Assembly (NCBI GenBank): GCA_003344405.1
Contig: NOWV01000016.1
Location: forward strand, 186,001-250,000
Length of the DNA stretch: 64,000 bases
Direction: 5' to 3'
Source: Trichoplax sp. H2
Taxonomy: Eukaryota
Both the position numbers and the translations under genes were made by a program. Below the pieces are notes generated by a model that saw only the letters and a list, made by a program, of their open reading frames with translations, searched no databases and had not been told where the DNA came from. Of this stretch, positions 1 through 13,000 are shown in pieces. The first letter of the stretch is position 1; every line of letters begins with the position of its first letter.

Positions 1-2399
1 AAGATACTTATAATAATTCCATGAAACAGAAGAGTAAGTGAATACTCGCATGAGAGCGTTACATCGACCAGAACACAACGTGGGTCCCAAGATTTGCTCA
101 TGGTACACATACTTGGGAATTATCGATAATTTAGTTTGCTATATTAATAACTATTATTATATTGATTGCTTTCAATTCCTATTTTGCCATTTCTATGCCA
201 ACCTGATCGGTTTTTCTGAAATGATAAGCTGAGGACTTTACTTTGATTACAGTAATTCAACTGGATCATGAAGTATAGATCAATGATCTTTAAGTGAGTT
301 AAGGAATTTAAGGAGAAAGAAATTGCCGCAATTGTTTCGACTGGCATTCATAACCGCCTTCATAATACTGTTGTTAGGGTATATGTTATTTCAGCTTGAT
401 CGAATTGTGCGGATATCAATATTTTAAATAATCTTGTTTATGAATAATTCATATCGATAAATTGTTTATTGTCCAATCTCATAGGAATAGCGTTTTCACT
501 TTTTCCCTAAACTTGAGAAGAGATTGATAGTTTGATCTTGGTAGTTGTCCCCAATGGTTGGATAATTTAAATGAAATACGATTGAATAGCCGTAGTAATA
601 TAACAGATCAAAATTCAACAATACAGTCGCAGGAAGGCGTGAATGATGTTATAATCCTAAGCTAGCAGTATGCGTCATGATTAAAGGCGGTCAATATCAT
701 CAGCTGATTACTATCATCGCATAACATTGTCTTATAAATGGATAGATTAACATATGTGAACTGCACAATAAGAGAGTAGTTGAACACTTTGTGCTGTTGG
801 TATTTGAAATAGCGTCTTGATCATCAGGGCTAATGATTCATCAAATCTATCGTGTAGAACATTCCTGTTTTATGCTATAGTTCGAGGGTCTAAAGTGGGG
901 TACTAAATAAAGGTAATAGGAATCATCGTTGATATTGCAATGATCTATTGTTTGGATTTGGTACTAATTTACATGATCCATGGTTCAATTCCAATATAAA
1001 TTATATTGTGAGATACAATTTTTACATGATAGTTTACACTCAGACTCGACATTCCTCTAGATAATAAATATTATATTATTTTAGACGGAGCTCCAGTTAT
1101 AGATTAGGGATTGATTCTCTTTGTTAATTTTATTCCAGCATTTATTTAGTTTAAAATTCAAAAAATCGGGCTTGGCAATATTAATTGATTATCGTGTTGT
1201 CCCTGCCTGTTATAAATAAGTACATCTTGAGAGTTTACATAAATTATGATTTGTGTAGTACAATTATATAATTCCTAATATCAGTAGTTTAAGTATGAGT
1301 TGAGTGTAGAACAATTAAAGTCCGATATTTGTAAACAAGAGCAACTGGATTAATTTTACAATTTGACTATGAAAACAAGTATAATATTGGCGGTTCTAAC
1401 CTTTATAATGACGATTATCTATTTATATCTAAAAAAAATTATTTAGCAAGGAGTTATTATTAATTAAAATTGAGAAGCATTGAAAGCATTGAATATCTAG
1501 CTCTCGGTAGTTTATTGATTAATCCTTAATTAATATGCAATAATATAAAATATCAAATTATTCTGTAAAACTGATAGCAGAAATTTGATATCTTGGCATC
1601 ATTTCCTGAATTTGTTATTATGTTTGTTGCCTTAGCGATAGGATCTTAGTTTACTGTATTGAGCAATGATATTAACGTTATGAATGCAGCACTGATGAGC
1701 TTGATGTTCATTCTACTGAACAAAAATTACTTATTTCTAGGCCTAACTTATGCAATCATCTGCAATGAATAACCAATACCATACATTACTGTAGCCTAAG
1801 CTACAGGCTTAATTTGATCTTTCCTTAACACTAATTCATGATGTTGAAGTTATCGCCTTTCAAGTTATCTGATAATAATCAAAACTGCCCAATAAGCTAA
1901 TAAAATAGCTTTGAAGATATAGTTGTTATGTATGATAGACTGGTAATGTCTAGGAATTAGGGCAGATAAATTGCATAGCTGCCTAACTGATAAGATAACC
2001 GTATGATACTAATATCGTAACTGTATTGATACGTTCACTAGTAATTTACTAATACGTATGTAATATATATATATATCACTTGTGGGAAAGGCAACCCAGA
2101 ATAAAGAAATGGACTCCACGCATCAGGCTACTTTGCAGTGTCTAAAAACCGAGTATTGCATGATTGACCTAGGGTCGCGATAGAGAATATAACGATAGTT
2201 ATCTTATTTTCTGCAACTAGAAATTGACTGATAACTGAGTATCTTTTGTTTGAGTACATTTGGTCTTTTATCAATATTAACTGAAGAATAAACTGTGGTA
2301 GGATTCGGAAAAGCGATACTATAGTTTACATGTACACTATATATAGTTTATGCAGTAGATATTGGGTACAGAATATCTTGTATCATCGGTGTACAATAC

Positions 2400-3090
2400 A
2401 CATAGTAGAAGTGTTAGAAAGAGATTTTCTACAGGATGTGCTACATGATCTGATCACCAACCAACTCCGAATGGAGGGATACTGTATGTGGGCTGATTTC
2501 AACTGAGATGATTATAGTAGTAAGTTATAGCAATAAGTTCCTTGATGCTATATCGCATAGTAGCGGTACTAGAAGGAAAATAAGAAAAGTTCCATCAGGA
2601 TATCGAAGATAAGTTGATTTCTACCGACTCTGTGTTGCGGGATAGTGTGTATGGCCTGATTTTAACTGTAATTATAATAATCACAACAGTTTATACTATA
2701 TACCCGCGTACAGCAGTTCTACATACTGTACGTGCAGTATATCGTGTAATCACTTTAGAAAAGGAAATTTCCTGCAGGATATGGGACATGATCTGATTTC
2801 TACCGACTTCAGGTGGAAGGATAATTACATGGCCTAACTGCAACTGCAATAGTATAGTTATAACCATAGCAGTAGTTTTGCAAAGCTAAAACAGTACTTT
2901 GGTATGCAGGACACCATATCTACCTTGATTTCACTATAATCCCTTGCACTACTTTGCTGCAGGTAGGCATCGGCCTGGTTTCAACTGCAATATAATTATT
3001 ATAGCTGTAGGCTCTAAAGTCTACAACGGTCAATATATGCAGGAGAACAGGCAGGAGAACAACACCTGGCCTGATTTTTACAATAAGCAA
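2400..3090. repeat. Degenerate ~150-180-bp tandem repeat (3-4 copies)
   Basis: The blocks TTAGAAA..CAGGAT..CATGATCTGAT..CCxACT..GGGATA..GGCCTGATTTxAACTG recur, with anchors near 2492, 2656, 2834 and 2975. Confidence 0.7.
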
Positions 3091-4802
3091 GTAAGCTTCA
3101 GTATATTACAAGTATACATCCATCGTTGCTTGTAAGATAGTGATTATTGGTCGATTAGATAGCACTTATGATCTGATTCCTATTTCCAACGCCACGACTA
3201 AGTTGTGTTTATTTATGCAGTAGCAGTAGCAGTAGATTAGATTAGATATACTGTACACGATGTATATATCATATATACGCGTATGTACTGAAATTTATAT
3301 ATAATCTAAATGTTACATTATCCAGTCCTACCTACACCTGTCGAAGGTTCGGTTCTTAGCTAGGATAGCGACTGGTTTATTGCTTGAACTAAATTTGATT
3401 TTGCAAAAGAGTATAGTACAGTATCGCAGCTATCAGGTGGTGCCGTTGATATGCAGTACTATATCTTATCGGTGTTATGTACGAATTATGGCTTCAAACG
3501 ATTCGAGATAGCAAGAAGAACTAATTTATCTAGGCATTCCTATCATACTGCAAGGTGAAGAGAATCCCATTGGTTGTACCCTACTACCGGTAGCTAGACC
3601 GAAGTACGCCTGTATAAATATCGAATGAGTACTGTATACTATAAATAAATGAAGTGTGAGTCTTTTCATAGAGTTCAGTAAACAAAGTAGGAGACTTTTT
3701 AAAAATTTCCCCTTCCCTCTCTTACAAAATACGTTGACGCTTTTAAGGCTAGGTCTAGCTCAGTTACCTCTTCCTTCTCTTGCAAAATGCGCTAATGGAA
3801 TAGTAGAGGAGCATTTTGAAGGGAAAAGATTCTTTGAAAGGTTCAAGTACAGTCGTGCAATACTACACTAGGTCAACACCTACGCATACCGAAACAACTT
3901 CATGTAGTAAGGGTTATAAGGCCCCCAAATGGGCTAAAGGACACAATATTGATAAATGCAAGTACTTTCCTTACAAGATAAGTCAGAGTCGTCAAGAGAA
4001 AGCTGTTTTGGGCCACCGTAGAAAGTTTTAACAAGTACAGGCTTAAGTTGGTGAGCAACCAGGTAAACATGTCAACCTGTAGAAGAAAATGATGTGATTT
4101 TCTTCAATCGCAACACAACTCGACAGCTTTATACTGTTTCACCTACTAATAATCAATAATAATAATAATAATCATAATTATAATTATGATATCTGTAGGT
4201 CCATAGAGTTGAGAAAAAAAAACAGGTATACTGAAGGTCCCATATGATAGAGATCGAAGGCGATAAAAACCTTTTGCTTCCTTGTGCGTGGGGATTCTAT
4301 GATAATTGATACTGATTAATACAGCACCGTACAGTGCTGTAGAAAGATAGATAGATAAAATCATTTCTTAGATAATTCTAGTCGAATAAGCTATCGATAA
4401 CATTCTCATGTCATGTTAACACCTCCCTCATTTCTTAGATAAAATATGGTTCTAATTAATTAGTGAATATTAATTACAGTAGATACGGTAGATGATTCTG
4501 CTTCTACTGTACAGAACAGTAGAAGAATGCCGGTCTTGGACAGTGTAGACTTAATACTTTCTTTCCCTACTTTCTTTTACTGTATAGTACGGTACTTATC
4601 CACTCCCACTATCTGAACGAATCTTGAGAAGTACAGTACTGTACTACTGTACTTTATAGTAGTACAGAGAAGGCGTTATTAACAAGTTGATCGATTCGCT
4701 TTGATCAAGCGCTGAGAACGAACAGTTGGCCATCTCCCTTCGCCTGCTAGATCAAAGTGATTACTACAGCTTGATTAACTCGATCGGATAACTATCATCG
4801 CT

Positions 4803-7800
4803 ATGGAAAGCACGTATTACCAAGAGAATGGTTATTTTAGCGATGGCCTGCTTAATTTTTCAGTCGGTACGATAGGGCCCAAGCTACTGAAAGATTGCAA
4901 ACCAATCATCCAAAAAGCGACCGATATCAAACTAGTAAGTGAAAGTTTACTTTGACATCATGATTACTCATCATGATGCAATGATACATCCAATGGCTAC
5001 ACAACTGACGGTACACTGCCACATGGATTGATCCAAGGAGTTAACGCCATGGAGAGCAATCGAGTCCTAAATTAAACGTAGGAAAGTTTTGATACAATAA
5101 GTTCTCGTGACGGTAGTCAGTTCTTCTACTAGACTGTACCTTGGTGCGTATTTGTCAGCGTAACATGATTAGCAAACATCCATCAATTTCGTTCTTAAAA
5201 TTGAAATTGTTAACCTCTTTTCATCTTACAGTTAAATAAGACAAATTCAATTTTTACGCTTCATCAATTTCGTTCTTAAAATTCAAATTGTTAACCTCTT
5301 TTAATCTTACAGTTGAATAAGACAGATTCAATTTTTAGGCTTCATCTAATTTATTGCGGTTGAATTATTGGAAAATAATTTCTGAATAATGAGATGTAGT
5401 TAAGAGAAGTAAGAGCCGTTTCCACAAATTCATAAGACTTAGTATGAATACTCGTATGGTAAATTTATTGCTGATCATAATCACTAAGGGTTAAAATACT
5501 TACTGTAGTGTTCGTTGCATTCATCTATTCGGATCGGTTGCAGTAGTAAGACACTTAAGTTATAAAAATAAAATAAAATAAAATGACTAGTTTTTCATGC
5601 AATCAGCCATTTTAGTGACATGATATTGCGTTCACTTCTGCAAGATTACATCAATGATATATTGTACTGTACTGCCAAAGTAGCACAGATTGAATTGAAT
5701 TATATCTCAAATATTCAGGAATGGACGAATTGCAGTTTTCATAAGCTCGATTTTGTTCAGTACCGTATAGCGACCACAGCTACTCACAGTGTACTCATTT
5801 ACCATACAACTTCCATCATCACTTTGACTCCACAATATGCTATTTTGACAAGATAGATCATGCTGTATTATTAAAGTCTCAATATCTTTTACCGTTTGTA
5901 ATAATTCGCAACATGACTTTAATAAATTATCCTACTGTATAATAATGGTGTACATGCTACTTGACTTAAAGATGAAGATGTAGTGACCGATTGAAACGTA
6001 TGAATTAAACAAGAGATCATGATAATTCAATACTAAAAATTTGCACACATATGTACATTGTACCATACCGATTGAATGAATGAATTTGCTAGCTAAGTCA
6101 ACATTTTATTATAAATTACTATCGATCTTGAACGTTTGCTTCTTAGCTGTTAGCTACTACGTCTTATAGTTGGTTTGAACTAATAGTTACCTTTTCCATC
6201 TTACTAAATAAATTTACAAGTCTGAAGAAAATTGTAGCGGTTTGTTCCAGTATGGACCTACATGTGGTGATCGATATCTACGAAAGGAATTGGCAACATT
6301 TTTAGAAGAACGTTATGGCGATCATGTCGATCGGTAAGTATGTGTATGACCGATCGGTTATGATAGAACTTTGCTACTCATTCATCTTGTCTAATCGCTT
6401 CTAATGGTGTACCATAACCCTAGACCAATAGAGAATGATTCATCTCAATTATTTAACTTCTTAACTCCTATTCTTATACGCATACGTTTAGAGATGACTT
6501 GATCTGTACCGCTGGCGCAACCAATGGTCTAATTACAATATGCAATCTATTATTTACTGCTGGGGATTATATCTTCATTGGCGATGTTTCTTATTATTCT
6601 AATATTATGTATATGAAACATCTTCAATACAATATGGTCACAGGTAAATTGTACTGAATTCATAAAGGCCATCCCAACAACGTTTATATAAGGAGTTGAT
6701 CGATATCCATCATCATCATCGAATACAACTTTTGCTTTACTTCTCCCTTTATCGACAACTTTAGTTCCTATGGACGATAATGGTATGATTATCGACAAGT
6801 TGGAAGAAAAGATAAGAAGTATCGGAAGTTCGCTGACCAAGAGTGATGATAGTGATAAACCCTATAGTGCTATGGTTTATATCATACCTACCTTTCAAAA
6901 TCCTACTGGGCGATGCCTGTCGGAAGGTAATACTATACCACATTAGTCTTAATATTAACCTCAAGGCTATTTAATGAATACTTAAACGTAAGAGTAGGTT
7001 GAAACACGTTGATATTGAATTTCTTTACACAGATCGTTGTCGGCAGCTCGTACAATTGGCTCGTAGACACAAACTATTGGTATTTGCTGATGATGTTGCT
7101 AATCTTGTATATCATGGAGATGAAAAATATCCACCAAGGAGATTATTTTCCTACGATTGCAGGTTGTAAGCTCACAAGATAATTGTAATATTAAATTGAA
7201 TTATCAGTCTTGTCTCAAAATATTACCAACCTGCTGTTTTAATTACTTGTTAGTACTTGATAGAATGAAAAATTTTACTATTACATATAGCATGGTTATA
7301 TGTTATGTTCAATGGAACGTAGGATTGATACATAAATGACTTGTTTATTAGCAGCAGATTCGCTAAATTTGCCGACTTTGCAGTAATTGAAGTAGTCACT
7401 TAACCACTACGAATTGCATATCAAAACATTAACGTTTATAGGTGATTAAATGATTTACATTATGATAATTCTCTTAATGTTGTCGTTAAGCAGAAGTCAA
7501 CTTATTTTGCATGCTGTCAAATTTCGCATTATTGTGTAAGGAGCAAGTTGTTATGGCCTAGCTTATCTCCGTATATACGCGTATACGAGTATACCCATAC
7601 AATAGGTATAGTTTATATGAACTGTAATCGTATCCAAGACCTCCACAAAAATATGCGACAATGTAATTTAACAAATGGGTAGAGTCTTTTACGAAGTATG
7701 CGATTACGACAAAATACTTGTAGTTAGCTATTTTCTCATCTAACGCAAATCAGTTATCCTACGTTGGAATGTCTTAAGTTTCTGTCACGTACGGTATGAT

Positions 7801-8969
7801 AAGACATGACTTAATTTCGTAACAAAATACCAAGCTGAGATATCTATTACTTCCGTCATCTCGGATAAATTGTTATACACAGTGCTAACAATGTTAATTG
7901 TAGCTGAGGTATACTCGTCTTGTAATGCTTTAATTAAAGAAGATAACCGTTTGACAGCTTTTAACCTGTCTCGTTTCTAATTGCAGGGAAGATGCCGACT
8001 TTTATGGAAATGTTATTTCTAATAGTAGTTTTTCTAAAGTTTTCTGCCCAGGAATATGTAAAGGTTGGATGGAAACTCCAAAGAGAATTATAGACATGCT
8101 AGAACTGTATAGGTTAGATTTTCTGGAATGTGCATGCATATCAGTAGAAGACTTGTATAAAGTACTTTTCTTATTACCAAAAAACAAATTAAGCGAAATA
8201 TGCTGTATGTTTTTTAATTGTTAAGTCCTGTATCGTGCGGCTATAATCATTATATGGATGGCATTATGGAAGTGGTGATTAACCATGGTTTCCTTGATAA
8301 TTTCTTAAACGATCTCAATTCGACTTTACGGGCAAGTATCGCCATAAAATTAACTCAAATTTACTGGGTTGCATGTTTTCTATAACCATCATTTACGTGC
8401 ACCCCAGCAGAAACGGAAGCTTGCCATTAAAGATGCTCTAATAAAGTATATGCCAGATTTTGTAGTTTATGAAATCCCTGAGGTAATCAATTTTGCAAAG
8501 CAATTATCGCTTTGGCTTAAACCATAATAGTTATGCATAAAAGTGTAATGACACTTTAACTAAAATTTATTTAATATTCTTTACCAAAATGTATAGGGTG
8601 GCTACTTTATCTGGATAGATTTACATGTCAATGCTGAAGGTTGTCACAATATGGAATAAAAATTGTGAAAGCTCATACTTATTTCTTTAACGTCTACTTT
8701 ATTAATATTGTACCCATACAGAAATTCTGAAGATGTGTACTGAGCAACATCGAATTGCATTTTTTCCGGCGTCCAGGTACTAATTCCAAATCTTCCATTT
8801 GAGAATTGGCAGTGTTACAATTTCTTAAATCCATTTTATTGATAGGGTTGCTTTAAGTGGTGGTTACGAAACGCAAATTCGATTTTCTGTTAGCTATTAT
8901 GAAGAAGATATTTTGACTAACGCAATCAGGAAAATAGCTGATGTCGTCAAAAATTATAATCAAAACTAA
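4803..8969 (+). CDS. Class I/II PLP-dependent aminotransferase, paralog A (ARO8/2-aminoadipate transaminase/YER152C-like), 11 exons
   Basis: Exons approx 4803-4934, 6221-6333, 6492-6643, 6765-6926, 7033-7162, 7987-8112, 8226-8331, 8411-8482, 8597-8639, 8722-8776, 8846-8969 splice in frame. They give MESTYYQENG..FQYGPTCGD..TAGATNG..IPTFQNPTG..FADDVANL..SFSKVFCPGICKGW..GGYFIWI..QIRFSVSYY..NQN*. These are fold-type I aminotransferase motifs. There is an in-frame TAA at 4776 upstream of the ATG. Confidence 0.9.
5181..5345. repeat. Two-copy ~81-bp direct repeat in intron 1 of aminotransferase A
   Basis: CATCAATTTCGTTCTTAAAATTxAAATTGTTAACCTCTTTT...CTTACAGTTxAATAAGACAxATTCAATTTTTAxGCTT occurs twice in tandem. 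Confidence 0.93.
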
Positions 8970-10068
8970 GTATTTAGCCATTATGCTGCGCGTTGAATTT
9001 TCGTCCAATCGAATTGTTGTGAAGGCATTTTATGTATCGATCTTTGAAAAATATAGCTATAATTATATTTAGGAGACCGAAACACACGCGTATGTTATAC
9101 TGTATATGGATTATGTATACTTTTATTGTTATCAAGCTGCACTTACACGGGCGTCTAGACTACATTTTGAGTACAATATTGTCTACGTTACAGATTTTAG
9201 TGTTTAATATCTTATAACCTGAGATATGATCGTGACATACATGTGCTAACTGGTGTAGTAGTACGAAAAAGTGTTGTCGCTGGTAATTAAATTTAAGCTT
9301 ATACTAATATTATTAACCTTTTTTTGATACTATTTTCAGTACCTACAGTATTATCGTATGATGTTTCATATTCTACAGTATTACATGAAGTTATGGTCGA
9401 TGCTATATGATTATGTTAATTGGACAATTTTGACTTCGTAATTAAATCGCTTCTAATTGTGATTATGGTCTCCATAGCGGGTGTCATTGTAAATCATTCA
9501 CCAGTGACTATAGTGCTAAATTATCGGGTTTATTGCTTAAATTAAAAAATTAATTTCCGTTGTTGAGTCGACTGAATTTAAGTATGAGAATCAAATCGAG
9601 GTTTAATGTACCTTCATTTCAAATTTATGCGTAGAATGTGAACGGCTGTACAACGAACGTTCCTTTAATTGTATTCATAATGGTAACTTGTACTGTGTTG
9701 CCGAAAAGCATTTTATTTGATATAAATAATCCAGTACCTCCAGATGCAAATAGAATTGAGTAAATTCACTAGAAAACATAAGCGGGACGAACCACATGCA
9801 ATATTTGCAATTTTTCAGGAGGGACAGACTGCATTTACGGTAATAACTCCATTATAGTAATTTACGTATATAATTGATCATGTAGTCGAAATATTGAGAA
9901 TGTTACTTAGGATAGATAGAAACTTTAGATTTTTTAAGTAAAATCTTAGCTTAGCAACAGATGATCACCTTTTCTTGGAGTACTGTATACTCTAGCGGAT
10001 ATATAAGCATATAATATGTTTATAAGTGACTAAAAATATAAAAATCACAACTTCCGCATTATTTTAGT

Positions 10069-13000
10069 TTACATCAACCGCTTAATGATTGCTGCAACCG
10101 CCTTCATGGCCTCTGTGAGTGCAGCTTCATCGTAATAGCTAAAGCTAAATCGCAGATAATTTTGAAATCTACCCGTTGACGAAAACCTGAAATAAAGGTA
10201 GAAATTAGGGTTATTGATAAGTCTTACTAATACAGTAGGTAATACAAAACATCAAGAGTATTTTTATTAGGACATACTTTGTTCCTAAAGCAAATGCAAT
10301 TTTATGCTCTTGTTTAGATATTTTTAAGACATCTAGAAAGAGTTATGAAAGCATTTGCAAATGTTACGTTAAATTCACATTAGATGACAATAAAATTGCT
10401 AAAAAGGGCAGGAAAAAATAGTCTACAATTAGGATTTACCTTGTGCATTGATATGCTCAGGTAATTCAACCCACATAAAGTATCCACCCTATGAATAGAT
10501 ATAATTAAAATTTGAAGATTTAGCTGGTTTGTATTCTTAAATCATAGGCAATCATTTAATCTATGACCCGAATGCAATTTGAACATTATTAGTAATATTG
10601 AATAAACATTTACCTGTGGTTTGTTAAATTTCACCCCTTCTGGCATGTACTGCTTAGCAGCATTGTAAATTGCATCCCTTCTTAGCTGCATTAGCAATTA
10701 AGAGAAATTTAACTTGGTAAATTTTTCAATGCTTTCATTCGTTTGGATTATTTTTAATTAATTATCGATTTTGAGCTTACGTGAAACTGTCTTCTAAATT
10801 TGACTAAAATCTCATCGAGCAATCCAGTTTCTAAAGCGCTAGTGACTATTCCACAAGTATAAGAGTTAAAGCCACCTCCGCTCTGAATATAACCACTACG
10901 AAGAAAGCAACATAAGCTTAATTTTTAGTTGACTTAGTGTCATACCTTCCTAAACTCTTCTAAATGTAACAGTCCTTACAATTGTTGACAACCATACATT
11001 ACGACTGTTACATGGATTATCTATTCTGTCTATACTATTAGATTTAACTAAATGATAAAGTGAATTAGATAGCCTATGTAATATTGCAAATAGGGGCACG
11101 CTACCTGCCGTAAAGAATCTTTAAAACTCTTTTTGGAGCTTCATACCAGCCTAAACGAAGCCCTGGGCCGAAGAACTTCGAAAACGTTGCATTTGAGATC
11201 ACATTACCTTGATAATCAGGATCGGATCTGAGATAAAGTAGTACCAATTTAGTTCTAGAATATATTTTTATTTCGTACATTGTATTTTGCTGTCAAAGCA
11301 GCTCACTTATCATCATATGCGAAGAGTCTTTTCGGAGCTGGTACAAATTTGTCAGGATCATCGCTCCTATACGAGAGTACGTTGTAGACGTCATCACACA
11401 AAACCAAGCAGCCATATTTACGAGCTACGCTTACAATTTGCTTGCTACGCTCTAGACAGTTCAAAATTCGAGGTAAATCTTACAATAGCAAATGTATAAT
11501 TTTCTATCTACTGGTATACAAAATGCACAAACGCGAGAGATCATACCAGGTGACACGCAAAAGCCTTTCGGATTATTGAACGTCGGAATTAGGTAAATTA
11601 TCGACCAGAAAGGTTGCGCTTCAGATACAACATGATTGCTTTTGGCTTTGTGAATTTTTAGGGATTCTTCTAATGTGTCTATTTGTATCCCTTCATTATC
11701 TGTCGGAACTGCAACAAATGCAATCGAATATACGATTATTCACCAATTAATCCAATAATAAAATTGAGAGTAAGGACCCAAAAATGATAATGAAGCATTC
11801 AGACACTGTGTAAAATTTATCATACGTGTACGTATGAGTATATAGTTATATTTGTAATATTATCCTTGACATAGAGCTAAATTAGATAACATTTGGTGCA
11901 AGTTCGCAACTTACTCGGCACAATATTCAAATGCATGTCCTCGCGCAACATGCTCAAAGCGAGGAAATAAGTTGGTTCTTCAACGAATACGAAATCGCCA
12001 CTTTTTAGAAGCAGGCCAGCCAAGGCTACAGCACCTTGCGTAGCTCCAGCATTTGCGTGTATATCTTCACTAATATATTTTTAATATTTACAGAAGTAAA
12101 TAGATGTTGACTCTTTCAGCCATATAGTAGATAAACTAAGTAATATTACAACTACGTCTCGTACAGCATAATATAACGCTAAAATTTAAGCCGTTGTAAA
12201 GAATTTCATATTTAGTCATTAATTGATATTGACGTAAAGTATGAAATAAGTATCTTACTGTTAACAAATTTTACCTCGATACTGGATCACCATAATGACG
12301 AGAAAGAAATTTTGCAACTTCTACTGGAAATTTCCCATCGCCTCTTGTAAGACCATATTGCAAGAGTTGGCAGGCATCTGGTTGAGACTATTGCAAAAAA
12401 GGTTTAATCTTGATTAGGAAATGAAAATTTACAAAAATCACAGCAGTAATAGCCAGCGATCAGTACAATAAATATATTTATTATGCCATCTGCTTCGATT
12501 CCATTCATCAAGGGTATCACTGTTAAAAGTATTTTCTTACGCGCTATTACGTAATAGACTAAAGTTTTGTTATAGCAGTTTGATGCTTTTTCGAAAATTC
12601 TTAACAAAAATCCCTTGATATCTAGTCAAGAAATTGATACTGAGGCGCTATAAACGGATACAAATCTGTTAGCACATAAGTGAATATTCTTCGATTAACA
12701 TAACACAAGATTAGCACGCACTACATTCAATAAGACTTTCAACTTTATGACATCATAATGAAGGTAGACGAGAGTGCATTCTTATTCCGGTAAATTTTTG
12801 ATTGGTTCTGTCTATTAGCAATTTAGCATGGGATCGCAATCATTTTCATATGTCAAGTACAGCATCATCTCGAAAAAAGACTGCTTAGTTAATAGGAGAT
12901 TTTCAAGTTATTGTGATCCATATATTCTAATTATCAATATTGGACAAATTACATTTATACTGTATATTGGAGGGTCTTTACTGTACACTCAGTGTACTAC

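Noticed and set aside
1-430. Possible gene end: donor at 34 and a frame 290-427 encoding RRKK plus a hydrophobic helix (LFRLAFITAFIILLLGYMLF)
   Set aside because: I could not build a phase-consistent splice or start, and there is no recognisable homology. It remains possible but unsupported.
3656-4031. Two overlapping 71-aa ORFs in a slightly GC-richer patch
   Set aside because: Non-ATG starts, no domain similarity and no exon chain.
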